Shown here one piece after another: positions 32,801-39,168 of a DNA stretch of 64,000 nucleotides. The DNA comes from Candidatus Latescibacterota bacterium (GTDB lineage Bacteria > Latescibacterota > UBA2968): NCBI GenBank assembly GCA_965204745.1, contig OZ242010.1, positions 2,560,001-2,624,000 of the forward strand, in the 5' to 3' direction. The notes under the pieces were generated by a model. That model was not told the origin of the DNA, ran no database searches, and saw only the letters and a list, made by a program, of their open reading frames with translations. How positions within the stretch are numbered: position 1 is the stretch's first letter; each line of letters begins with the position of its first letter. A program made the position numbers and the translations under genes.

Positions 32801-34837
32801 TCGGAGGCGAGCGGTGTTTCGACGATCACGGCAACCCTGTCGCATCGGTCAAGCGCGGCAATGACGATCACAGTGCGCCCTGTGGCGGGTGCTTATACCG
32901 TGGGGTCGGATTCGACGATCACCATCGCGGCCGGGAGCACGGCGAACGCGACGGACACCGTGGTCATTACAGCGGTGAACAACACCCAAGACGAGCCTGA
33001 TCGCAGCGAGACCGTGTCCGTTGTGGCACGCAACGCCCATAGCACGGGCAGTGTGACCGAGGCGACCTTGACGCTGGAGGACGATGACGCCGCGCCGGAC
33101 GTGACACTAATGCTGTCGCCCGCGTCTATCTCGGAGGCCGGCGGCATGAGCACGGTGAGCGCGACGCTGACACACCCGTCGAGCGCGGCGACAACGATCA
33201 CGGTGCGCCCGGTGGCGAATGCCTACACAGTGGGGTCGGATTCGACGATCACCATCGCGGCCGGGAGCACGACGAACGCGACGGACACAGTAGAGATCAC
33301 AGCGGTGGACAACACCCAAGACGCGCCTAATCGCAATGTGACCGTGTCCGGTGTAGCGAACAACGACCAAGGCGCGGGCAGTGTGACCGGCGCGGCTTTG
33401 ACGATCACAGACGATGACGCGGCCCCGGACGTGACGATGATGGTGGCACCGGCGTTGATTTCTGAAGCTGGCGCGGTTTCGACCGTGACAGCGACCCTCT
33501 CGCACCCATCGAGCGCGGCGACGACGATCACGGTTTCCGCGTCGGCTGTGTCGCCTGCGGTTCCGGGCGACTTCACGCTATCGGGCACGGCCACGCTGAC
33601 CGTCGCGGCGGGCGCGACGACGAGCACGGGCACCGTGACGATCACGACGGTGGACAACAGCATGTCTTCGGGGAACAAGACGGTGACCGTGTCGGCGAGC
33701 ACGGTGGGCAACAGCATAGGCACGGGATCGGTCACTGATGCGACGCTGACGATTATCGATGACGACGTGGCACAGGTGACGTTGGTTTTGTCTCCGGCGT
33801 CGATTTCTGAGGCAGGCGCGGTTTCAACAGTAACGGCAACGCTAAATCGCACCGTGACCGCGGCGACGACGATCACGGTTTCAGCGATGGCTGTGTCCCC
33901 TGCGGTTGCGGGCGATTTCACGCTATCGAGCACGAACACGCTGACCGTCGCGGCGAGTGTGACGACGAGCACGGGCACCGTGACGATCACATCGGTGAAT
34001 AATACGACCGATGCACCGGACAAGCGCGTGACCGTGGCTGCAACGGTGGCAGGTGGCAATGGGGCGTCGCTATCGTCTGCCGTGACCCTGACGATCACAG
34101 ACGATGACGCCGCGCCGACCGTGACGTTGGTACTGATGCCCTCGTCCATCTCGGAAAACGCCGAGGTTTCCACGATCACGGCGACCCTATCGCATCCATC
34201 GAGCGCGGTTACGACGATCACGGTCTCTGCTACGCCTGTGTCCCCTGCAACTGCGAGCGACTTCACGCTATCGAGTGCAGACACGCTGATCATCGCGGCG
34301 ACGGCCACAACGAGCACGGACACCGTGACGATCACCGCCGTGGACAACCCCGACCAGGCGGACGATAAGACGGTCACGGTGTCTGCAACCGCAAACAATG
34401 CCCAAGGCATCACCGCACCCTCACCCGTGACCCTGACCCTGACCGATGACGACGCACCGAGTGCCAACTTGGATGTGGATGGCGATGGCCGGGTGAGATT
34501 GTTCTCGGATATAATCCTGGTCATTCGATATGTCCTCTTCTTCCGGGAAGAGGCCCTCCTCAGAGGGAACGTCATCGAGCCAACTGCCACGCGCATGACC
34601 GCTCAAGAAATTGAACCCTACCTCGACACGTTGGTCAATCAGAACATTCTCGATGTGGATGGCGATGGCGATGTGAGGCTGTTCTCGGATATAATCCTGA
34701 TCATTCGATACGTCCTCTTCTTCCGGAACGAGGCCCTCGTCAGAGGGAACGTCATCGAGCAAAATGCTACGCGCACGACCGCTCAAGCCATTGAACCCTA
34801 CATCCGAAGCCTCTATCCCGACTCCCACTTCCAATGA
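20900..34837 (+). CDS. Giant modular surface protein/adhesin 1 (4645 aa): GLUG-like modules, Fn3 repeats, Ig-like repeats, duplicated dockerin/EF-hand-like tail
   Basis: Signal peptide ending AFA-Q; four modules rich in VGGLVG/SYATG; many VTWNAV..ATGYKVQWKSG..GTTYTVRVIAT Fn3 units; ~110-aa SPASISE..TITDDD repeats; C-terminal LDVDGDG..LFSDIILxIRY x2. Confidence 0.92.
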   Translation: MMPRYAHLLALVVLAMLVASGPAFAQTDYDTDNDNLIDVTSLAQLNAIRWDLNGDGAIDASASTSDTTAYNAAFPNAMSGMGCQSTCTGYELLNNLDFDENSDNEITSADATYWNSGAGWAPIGNSETKYTGTFHGNDNTISNLFIDRSAANDIGLFGFAEGGTIRNLSLVNADVTGNAETAVLVGEGNRLHLLHIRVTGQVGGFARSAGLVGTLAHGNSTITACRSEVDVTGSFAPTGRDFQGSSQSGTFGGLVGWNSGTITASYATGTVIGYSHVGGLVGFNGNTIEPRASIRASYATGAATGRGNVGGLVGSNFYSSTITGSYAIGPSISTANFTSVGGLVGFNFGSTVNHSYYDSTATGRSDAGRGAPQTTADLQTPTRYTGIYQTWNLNLDGQPGGDDPWTFGATDQYPVLKYAGMDTTAQYNLQPPSIPTSVTMTIKADTLDVRWRAVSGATGYKVQWKSGTQSYDTASREATTTDTRHKIPNLTFGTTYTVRVIATKTGVRDGLPSADQSLFISLGSPTVMASAKMDTLTVTWNAVPIATGYKVQWKSGVATYPTADLTSAATHGQATIVGGSTTTYKISNVTAGTTYTVRVIATSTNVNIADSDPSEEVMVTAATNKPTNVRLTPGHLQLLVAWSEATGATGYKVQWKSGGQSYDPSSRQATVFGMSTTTHAIENLTFGTTYTVRVFATLAGGSDSDPSDELMGVPLGIDYDGDGDGLIDITTLAQLNAIRYDLDGNGDATHAVYAAAFPSRDTTSSIRMGCPSGTCTGYELLNNLDFDENGDGEITSADATYWNGNAGWPPIGGTYTGTFKGNNKTISNLYINRLTAELGGVEVGLFGSVSGNISGLGLKNVNVNGAYEVGGLVGEQVGGRILGCFVTGRVEAHFSDSGRHGAGGLVGISSLGRDTAPSVIAASYANAEVIFRNARAAGGLVGATGQITQIIASYAIGPATGWRAVGGLGGNTGTGTTISASYATGTVTGTNSELNIQQAYLGGLVGSRGVSSDPLERRRAGTTSSYWDTESSGISVSPAGTGQTTSALQSETSYDGIYASWDVDVDGRPGNDAPWTFGAADQYPVLKYAGMDTTVQFAMQPPGIPTSVTVTPQGSTLDVRWTAASYAMGYKVQWKSGMQSYDASREAITTDTRTRIPNLAVGTTYTVRVIATKTGARDGRPSAEQTGVIFVLGSPTVMVAAKLDTLTVTWNMVTSATGYKVQWKSGSETYPNADEESALRGQATLVGGSTTTYKIPNVTTGTTYTVRVIATRTNVADSAPSEEVTVLVSPTGVMVRATVDTLTVTWNAVDDATGYKVQWKSGSETYPNADSQAATHGQATISDGGTTTYDISGLTAGTTYTVRIIATSTNSNVADSVPSEEVTGVPLLGSPPGVDVSATVDTLTVTWNAVDDATGYKVQWKSGSETYPNADSQAATHGQATITGGSATTYDISGLTAGTTYTIRVIATHTNVADSAPSEEVTGVPVLDSPTVMVAATVDTLTVTWNVVDDATGYKVQWKSGLETYPNADLASALRGQATLVGGSTTTYKIPNVTTGTTYTVRVIATRTNVADSAPSEEVTGVPVLGSPTVEVSATVDTLTVTWNVVDDATGYKVQWKSGSETYPNADEESALRGQATLVGGSTTTYKIPNVTTGTTYTVRVIATRTNVADSAPSEEVTVLVSPTGVMVRATVDTLTVTWNAVNGATGYKVQWKSGSETYPAADLESATRGQATIAGGSATTYKISGLTTGTTYTIRIIATSTNSNVADSVPSAEQTGVPVLGSPTGVDVVRVKVDTLTVTWNAVDDATGYKVQWKSGAATYPNADLTLATHGQATIAGRRTTTYKISGLTAGTTYTIRIIATRTNVADSAPSAEQTGVPVLGSPTVMVSATVDTLTVTWNAVPLATGYKVQWKSGSETYPPSDEESATHGQATIAGGSATTYKISGLTAGTTYTVRVIATRTNVADSAPSAEQTGVPVLGSPTVMVAAKVDTLTVTWNAVNGATGYKVQWKSGAETYPTSDEESATRGQATIAGRSATTYKISGLTAGTPYTIRVIATRTNVADSAPSAEVMVTSATTRPTNVRVTSGQLQLIVAWTEATGARGYKVQWKSGGQSYNTTTRQVGVSMNTRTSTIVNLTFGTTYTVRVLATLAGGLNSDPSDEVMGTPQAINYDSDGDGLINIETLAQLHAIRWDLNGDGVVADSDAANYNAAFPYRDTTSNVRMGCPSGTCTGYELLNNLNFDTDGSGSITSADTYPNWTPIGNYSATFKGNNKTISNLHINRGSWDDVGLFSQVGGNISGLGLKSVNVRGRNRVGGLVGNQVGGRILGCFVTGRVEGTGYHVGGLVGHSIGNNTVIAVSYANAEVSGGRLQEGVGGLVGRLYATVIASYAIGPVTGNNRVGGLVGRLDIPPSSVSTSYATGAVTGNNQSSTFLGGLIGRARTGVSHSYWDRESSGISSSDRGTSQTTSALQSETDYNGIYATWNVDVDGRPGNDDPWTFGAADQYPVLKYAGMDTTAQFAMQPPGIPTSVTVTPQGDTLDVRWTAASYATGYKVQWKSGGQNYAASRQAITTDTRYKIANLIGGTTYTVRVIATKTGVRDGRPSAEQTGVLLGIPAVMVAATVDTLTVTWNAVDDATGYKVQWKSGSETYPNADVALATHGQATIAGGRTTTYKISGLTAGTTYAIQVIATRTNVADSAPSDAVMVTLATNKPTNVSVTPGPVQLIVRWTEATSATGYKVQWKSGGQSYNTSDRQATVSGMSTTTYTIENLTFGTTYTVRVTATLAGGTDSTPSDEVMGTPYAINYDSDGDGLIDIKTLAQLHAIRWDLNGDGVVADTDTTNYNAAFPNRDTTSNVRMGCPSGTCTGYELLNNLNFDENGDGAITQADTTYWNGGTGWVPIGTYTGTFKGNNKTISNLYISYRYPSRSYNVGLFSNVSGDISGVGLLNVNVHAEDVVGGLVGTLNGGRITGCYVTGFVEGGRLGVGGLAGRAVSSGHIAACYSHATVRKWPPYVYNILYKVGGLVGHLGSGASVTASYATGPVSGHGGGSHVKSANGGLVGQNDGTITASYATGTATADSNDLTGGLYATGSGTSPASYWDTESSSLSTSAGGTGQTTSALQSETDYDGIYANWNVDVDGRPGNDDPWTFGAADQYPVLKYAGMDTTVQFQRQEEVAQVTLVLSPASIAETGAVSTVTATLDRRASAATTITVSAEAVSPAVASAFTLSNAKTLTIAANATTSTGTVTITAVNDMTDAPDKHVTVSATVQGGNGASLSSAATLTITDDDAAPDVALTLSPASISEAGGVSTVTATLSHASSAATTITVRPVADAYTVGSDSTIIIAAGSTANATDTVVITAVNNTQDAPNRDVTVSGVAGNAQGVGSVTEATLTLEDDDAAPDVTLMLSPASISEAGGVSTVTATLSHASSAATTITVRPVAGAYTVGSDTTITIAAGSTTNASDTVVITAVDNTRDEPARDVPVSGVARNAQGAGRVIATLTLMDDDAAPIATLAASPLSISENLGVSTITATLSRPSSSATTITVRPVAGAYTVAADSTITIAAGSTANASDTVVITAVNNTQDAPNRDVDMSVVAGNAQGARVTTTLTLTLEDDDPAPTATLAASPASISENGAVSTITASLSRPSSAATTITVRPVAGAYTVGSDTTITIAAGDTTNASDTVVITAVDNPQDAPNRSATVSGVARNAQGAGSVTGVTLTLTDDDDAPDVTMVVSPASISENGAISTVTATLSHTSSAATTVTVSVPTSSDYTLSTATTLTVAAGETTSTGTVTITTVDNSISSGNKTVTVTSTVGNSVGTGSVTDATLTIIDDEVAQVMLILSPASIAETGAVSTVTATLNRPENAATTITVSAMAVSPADANDFMLSSTNTLTIAASATTSTGTVTITAVNDMTDAPDKEVTVSATVQGGNMASLSSAVTLTITDDEAAPTVTLSLSPASISEASGVSTITATLSHRSSAAMTITVRPVAGAYTVGSDSTITIAAGSTANATDTVVITAVNNTQDEPDRSETVSVVARNAHSTGSVTEATLTLEDDDAAPDVTLMLSPASISEAGGMSTVSATLTHPSSAATTITVRPVANAYTVGSDSTITIAAGSTTNATDTVEITAVDNTQDAPNRNVTVSGVANNDQGAGSVTGAALTITDDDAAPDVTMMVAPALISEAGAVSTVTATLSHPSSAATTITVSASAVSPAVPGDFTLSGTATLTVAAGATTSTGTVTITTVDNSMSSGNKTVTVSASTVGNSIGTGSVTDATLTIIDDDVAQVTLVLSPASISEAGAVSTVTATLNRTVTAATTITVSAMAVSPAVAGDFTLSSTNTLTVAASVTTSTGTVTITSVNNTTDAPDKRVTVAATVAGGNGASLSSAVTLTITDDDAAPTVTLVLMPSSISENAEVSTITATLSHPSSAVTTITVSATPVSPATASDFTLSSADTLIIAATATTSTDTVTITAVDNPDQADDKTVTVSATANNAQGITAPSPVTLTLTDDDAPSANLDVDGDGRVRLFSDIILVIRYVLFFREEALLRGNVIEPTATRMTAQEIEPYLDTLVNQNILDVDGDGDVRLFSDIILIIRYVLFFRNEALVRGNVIEQNATRTTAQAIEPYIRSLYPDSHFQ

Positions 34838-35028
34838 AAGTCTGTTCCCTGACCGCCACAGATGGCAATGGCGATGGCAATGCGAATTTCGCCGACTTCT
34901 TGACCTTTGCCAGCAAGTTCGGCTCGCGGCCCGGTCAGGAGCGATATGACACCCGGTGCGATCTCAATGGCGATGGTCAAATTGACTCTGCCGATTTCTT
35001 CATCTTCGCCGCCGACTTTGGCACCTAA
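34834..35028 (+). CDS. Stand-alone dockerin/EF-hand-like mini-ORF (64 aa) or relic of a former C-terminal domain
   Basis: DGNGDGNANFADFLTFASKFG...DLNGDGQIDSADFFIFAADFG, a paired DxNGDG repeat; ATGA overlap with adhesin stop. Confidence 0.55.
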   Translation: MKVCSLTATDGNGDGNANFADFLTFASKFGSRPGQERYDTRCDLNGDGQIDSADFFIFAADFGT

Positions 35029-35059
35029 GGCTGACAACTGCGAAAGATGCGAAAAAACA

Positions 35060-35097
35060 AAAGCCCGGGTTCACAGGGAACTCGGGCTTTACTTTTT
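35060..35097 (+). terminator. Rho-independent terminator after adhesin 1
   Basis: AAAGCCCGGGTTC-ACAGG-GAACTCGGGCTTT followed by T-run, A-run upstream. Confidence 0.8.
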
Positions 35098-35104
35098 GGA
35101 ATTG

Positions 35105-35311
35105 GGACCTACCCCCTAGCCCCGTTACTCGCTACGCTTCGTTGTAGGCTACGCCTGTGCCTACGAGGAAGGGGGAAATGGCGAGAGGTTTTTTTGGGGT
35201 TCATGGCGTGATTCATTCGCTCAAAGCCATCAGAACAGCCAGGGATACAAACCTTCAAAAAGCCATGCGCTCCCCCTTTCCTTGTAGGAAAGGGGGCCGG
35301 GGGGATAGGTC
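35105..35311. repeat. Modular palindromic REP/MITE-like element
   Basis: GGGACCTACCCCC...GGGGATAGGTCTC inverted ends with two internal hairpins. Confidence 0.85.
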
Positions 35312-35547
35312 TCTATGGCGACAGGGCATGCGAAGGACACAGCGGAGTGGGAAGGACGAAGCGGCGGCAGGGATGTGTGGGGTAATCCGCGTAATCTGCG
35401 TAATCCGTTTAATCCGCGATTCAGACACGGTGGGACGGGATGGGCACGCATCAGGTGCTAAAAACGGTTGATTTATTTTTTTCGCATCGTAGATTTAGGC
35501 GATGCTAATTTTTTGTGTTCTGCCGTTACGTGATCAATGGCCCGACC

Positions 35548-36318
35548 ATGACCCGGTTATTCGCATTTCTCGGCGGGCAACTCGCCGAGTTCTTCATTCA
35601 GAATTTTCAGATGTTCCGCCATTTCGTGCAGTGCTTGGCGGAGCTGTGGCACATCTATCTGTATCGACAGCAGATTCTCGCGCAGTGTTATACCATTGGC
35701 GTTGGGTCTTTGTCCTTGGTCTGTCTGATTTCGGCTTTTAGCGGCATGGCGGTCGCCATTCAGACCGCGTACCAGATGGAAGAGTACGTGCCCGATTACA
35801 TGGTTGGCGCGCTTATCGTGCGTTCCGTGATCTTGGTGTTGTCGCCGATTTTGATGGGGCTCGTGCTCGCGGGCCGGGTGGGCGCGGGCGTTGCGTCGGA
35901 GGTCGGCACGATGAAGGTTTCAGAGCAAGTCGACGCGCTCACGTCTTTGGCGGTCGATCCGGTGGGCTATCTCATGTTGCCTCGGGTGGTCGCGGGCGTG
36001 TTCATGCTTCCGGTTCTCGTGGTGTATTCTTTTCTCGTGGCGATTGCGTGCGGGTTTGTCATGTCGATCATCAGGATGGACATTACGCCCTCGGATTTGA
36101 TCAAGGGCATGAAACTCTATTTTCAACTTTACGACGTTTTTGTCGGGTTGGTTAAATCGGCTGTTTACGGCGGGTTGCTGGCGTTTATGGGGGCTTATAT
36201 GGGCCTTTGCACGCAAGGGGGCGCGCAGGGCGTTGGACGGGCTGCCACGGCCGCGGTCGTGGTTTCTTCCGCGCTCATTCTCATTCTCGATTATTTTCTC
36301 ACCCACGCGCTGTTGTGA
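35548..36318 (+). CDS. mlaE: MlaE-family ABC permease
   Basis: AGRVGAGVASEVGTMKVSEQVDAL, GGAQGVGRAAT motifs; exact start uncertain. Confidence 0.92.
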   Translation: MTRLFAFLGGQLAEFFIQNFQMFRHFVQCLAELWHIYLYRQQILAQCYTIGVGSLSLVCLISAFSGMAVAIQTAYQMEEYVPDYMVGALIVRSVILVLSPILMGLVLAGRVGAGVASEVGTMKVSEQVDALTSLAVDPVGYLMLPRVVAGVFMLPVLVVYSFLVAIACGFVMSIIRMDITPSDLIKGMKLYFQLYDVFVGLVKSAVYGGLLAFMGAYMGLCTQGGAQGVGRAATAAVVVSSALILILDYFLTHALL

Positions 36319-37067
36319 TGACCAAAAAAACAAAAACGGCCATTGCGTTTTCCGGGGTGTTCAAGTCATTTGACGGGCATCCCGTGCTCAAGGGATTGCA
36401 CCTCCAGATCCCTCGGGGTGGGATTACGACCATTTTGGGGCCGAGTGGCTGCGGCAAAAGCGTGACCCTGAAGCACGTAATCGGCATCGAGCGGGCGGAT
36501 AGGGGCGAGGTCGTTGTGGATGGGCACGACATGGGGCGCATCCGCCGGCGCGAACTGATCGCACTGCGGAAGCGCATCGGGTTTTTATTTCAATCTTCGG
36601 CCCTGTTCGATTCGATGACGGTGAAGGAAAATGTGGCATTCGGGTTGCGGATGCACACCAAGATGGGCGAAGGGGAAATCGCAGAGCGGGTACACGTCTG
36701 CTTGGACGCGGTGCGACTGGCGGGCATCGAGGCCAAGATGCCGGTCGAATTGTCCGGCGGCATGAAAAAACGCGCGGCCCTGGCGCGGGCCATTGCCATG
36801 CAACCGGATTTTATTTTGTACGATGAACCCACAACCGGGCTGGATCCCAACACGTCTAGCGTGGTGGGCGACTACATTCTCAAATTGCAATCGGAACTCG
36901 ACGTGACCTCTGTGGTCGTCACGCACGACATGCCCTTGGCGCGGCGCGTGTCGGACCATCTCGCCCTGCTCTACGATGGCGAGGCGGTGGTGCAGGGGTC
37001 GCTGGCCGAGGTCGAAGCGACGGGCAACGCGGTGTTTGAACGCTTTATTCAAGGCAGGTTGGGATAA
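36318..37067 (+). CDS. mlaF: MlaF-family ABC ATPase
   Basis: GPSGCGKS, FQSSALFDSMTV, LSGGMKKR, LYDEPTTGLDP; TGATG coupling to mlaE. Confidence 0.92.
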   Translation: MTKKTKTAIAFSGVFKSFDGHPVLKGLHLQIPRGGITTILGPSGCGKSVTLKHVIGIERADRGEVVVDGHDMGRIRRRELIALRKRIGFLFQSSALFDSMTVKENVAFGLRMHTKMGEGEIAERVHVCLDAVRLAGIEAKMPVELSGGMKKRAALARAIAMQPDFILYDEPTTGLDPNTSSVVGDYILKLQSELDVTSVVVTHDMPLARRVSDHLALLYDGEAVVQGSLAEVEATGNAVFERFIQGRLG

Positions 37068-37969
37068 TGGGCAATCGCGAGCGAGAAATTCTTTTGGGCG
37101 CGGTCATCTTTTTTTCTGTCGTTATTTTGGTGGTCGGCACGTTGTGGCTTTCGGATCGGTATGCGGGCGCCGCGGGCGGGTATCGCCTCCACGTCAAGTT
37201 CGACAGGGTGCCGGGCCTGCAAGTGGGCAATCCGGTGACGTTTCGCGGGGTGCGCGTGGGCAAGGTGCTGGCGATTTTTTTGGACGAAGGCCGACCGGTT
37301 GCCGCGCTCGGGTTTTCCGAGGTGGCTGATTTGCCAGTGGATTCGCGGTTTCTGCTCAAGTCCGATGGCTTGCTCGGGGGGCAGATGATCGAGGTGCATT
37401 TGGGGCAGTCCGAGCAACATCTCGCGGATGGCGCGGTCGTGCATGGCATTTCCGATTCGGGTCTCGATGCGGTGGTGGCCCAAGGCGAGCAGACGATTGA
37501 GCACTTGCGCGGGGCCATTGACAGCATTGCCAGCGCGGACAATCTCGCGCATCTCAACAGCATGCTCGCGCGCGTCGATACCACCACTCGGCATCTCAAC
37601 CGGCTGTTGAGCGATCCAAAACTCGAGGCGATGATCGACAGCTTGGCATTGGCCGCAGACGATACCCGCGCGTTGATGCGGGATAACCGCGAAACGTTGA
37701 CCCTTGCCGTGACCGACTTGGCCGCGACCTTGGCGACGCTCGCACGGGTTTCCGCGCAGGTGGAGACGACTGCGGTTGCGTTGCAAAAGACATTTGCCAA
37801 CCTCGATACCATTTCCGCGCAAATACGCGCTGGGCACGGCACGGTTGGGCGGCTGGTTCACGACGATGCGGTGTACGAGCATTTGGGCCGCACGCTGACG
37901 TCTGTGGACAGCCTGGTGGAAGACATTCGGCGCAATCCCAAACGCTATTTCAGCTTCAGTGTTTTTTGA
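37067..37969 (+). CDS. mlaD: MlaD/MCE-family protein
   Basis: N-terminal TM, GLQVGNPVTFRGVRVGKV MCE motif, helical C-terminus ending DIRRNPKRY. Confidence 0.9.
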   Translation: MGNREREILLGAVIFFSVVILVVGTLWLSDRYAGAAGGYRLHVKFDRVPGLQVGNPVTFRGVRVGKVLAIFLDEGRPVAALGFSEVADLPVDSRFLLKSDGLLGGQMIEVHLGQSEQHLADGAVVHGISDSGLDAVVAQGEQTIEHLRGAIDSIASADNLAHLNSMLARVDTTTRHLNRLLSDPKLEAMIDSLALAADDTRALMRDNRETLTLAVTDLAATLATLARVSAQVETTAVALQKTFANLDTISAQIRAGHGTVGRLVHDDAVYEHLGRTLTSVDSLVEDIRRNPKRYFSFSVF

Positions 37970-37979
37970 GGAGATCAGC

Positions 37980-38861
37980 ATGGTCAGGTGGATTTTGCTT
38001 TTGCTCGTTGCCATCGTTGCCACGGTCTCGGCGACCGATCTGATGTGGTTGCATTGGCAAAACGATGACGCCATCTCCTTTGGGGGATTTGTCGCCGAGA
38101 TGCGGGCGGTCAAAGCCATTGCGGAAACAGACGACGCGCCCGCGCGCATCGTGTACGGAGACCGACAGGGCGTGGTTCACATGTTGGAGATGCAAGACGG
38201 GCGTTTTCGGGAGGTGTGGAACAGCCCCCCGCTGCGGGCGGCGATTTCAGAGGTTTTCGTGCTGGATATCGATGTGGATGACGAACTCGAGATCGTGGCC
38301 TACACCGAGTCGGGCGATATCGCGTTTTATCGCGCCAGCGATTTTCAGCAACTCTGGCGAAGTACGGACGATGAGTTTGCCTCTGTGTCTGCGATGGTCA
38401 TTGAAAATATCGACGACGATCCGCAACTCGAGTTGGTGTTTTGCGGCGAGGATGTGGCAGACACGCGAAATTATCGGGCGCCGGGCGGGGTGCGCGACAA
38501 TGCCGATCAAGAGCGCGCATCGCAAGTGGGCCGCCTGTTCGTGTTCGATAGCAAAAATCTGTTTTTGGAATGGCGCAGCGAGCAAGGGCTGTGGGGCGGA
38601 AGTATGGCGGTGGGCGATCTCGACGACGATGGCGAACTCGAGATCGCGCTCAATACGGGTTTTGTCATCGACGCCACTTACCAGCGCGTGGAGTGGGAAT
38701 ACCGCGGGGGCTTTGGCGAGAAGGTCGGGTACGCGGACCTCGATGGGGATGGCATCCCCGAATTGATCGGCGAATATTACAACGCGACTCGCCCGCGGCG
38801 GTTTATTCGCATTTTTGATGTGGATCTGCAATCCGAAAGTTTTCTCAGTTCCGGCAGATAA
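37980..38861 (+). CDS. Secreted FG-GAP/VCBS-like repeat protein
   Basis: Signal peptide; DIDVDDELEI, NIDDDPQLEL, GDLDDDGELEI, ADLDGDGIPEL repeats. Confidence 0.75.
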   Translation: MVRWILLLLVAIVATVSATDLMWLHWQNDDAISFGGFVAEMRAVKAIAETDDAPARIVYGDRQGVVHMLEMQDGRFREVWNSPPLRAAISEVFVLDIDVDDELEIVAYTESGDIAFYRASDFQQLWRSTDDEFASVSAMVIENIDDDPQLELVFCGEDVADTRNYRAPGGVRDNADQERASQVGRLFVFDSKNLFLEWRSEQGLWGGSMAVGDLDDDGELEIALNTGFVIDATYQRVEWEYRGGFGEKVGYADLDGDGIPELIGEYYNATRPRRFIRIFDVDLQSESFLSSGR

Positions 38862-38865
38862 GTGC

Positions 38866-38894
38866 TTGACGCCCTTTGGCAAAATGGGTAACTT
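38866..38894 (+). promoter_or_regulatory. sigma70 promoter of tRNA-Pro
   Basis: TTGACG-N17-TAACTT upstream of the tRNA. Confidence 0.65.
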
Positions 38895-38921
38895 GTCTGC
38901 CAACCAAAAAAGCTATCCGGT

Positions 38922-38998
38922 CGGAGCGTAGCGCAGCTCGGTAGCGCACCATCTTGGGGTGATGGGGGTCGCTGGTTCAAATCCAGTCGCTCCGACCA
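38922..38998 (+). tRNA. tRNA-Pro(GGG)
   Basis: CGGAGCG/CGCTCCG acceptor stem, CCATC-TTGGGGT-GATGG anticodon arm, GGTTCAAATCC T-loop, encoded CCA. Confidence 0.97.
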
Positions 38999-39008
38999 TA
39001 AAACAGCG

Positions 39009-39041
39009 GGGGCTATGCAACGCGGCATAGCCCCTTGTTTT
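39009..39041 (+). terminator. Terminator after tRNA-Pro
   Basis: GGGGCTATGC-AACGCG-GCATAGCCCC then TTGTTTT. Confidence 0.8.
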
Positions 39042-39168
39042 GTACTTGCCAAACCGCGGATGATATGATAGATAAAGACAACCTTTTCACAATCCGCCAC
39101 ACAAGGGTAAAAAAAATGTTCGAATCATCGAAGTTGTCGCCACATTTCCTCGAAAGGAGCGTTGTGCC

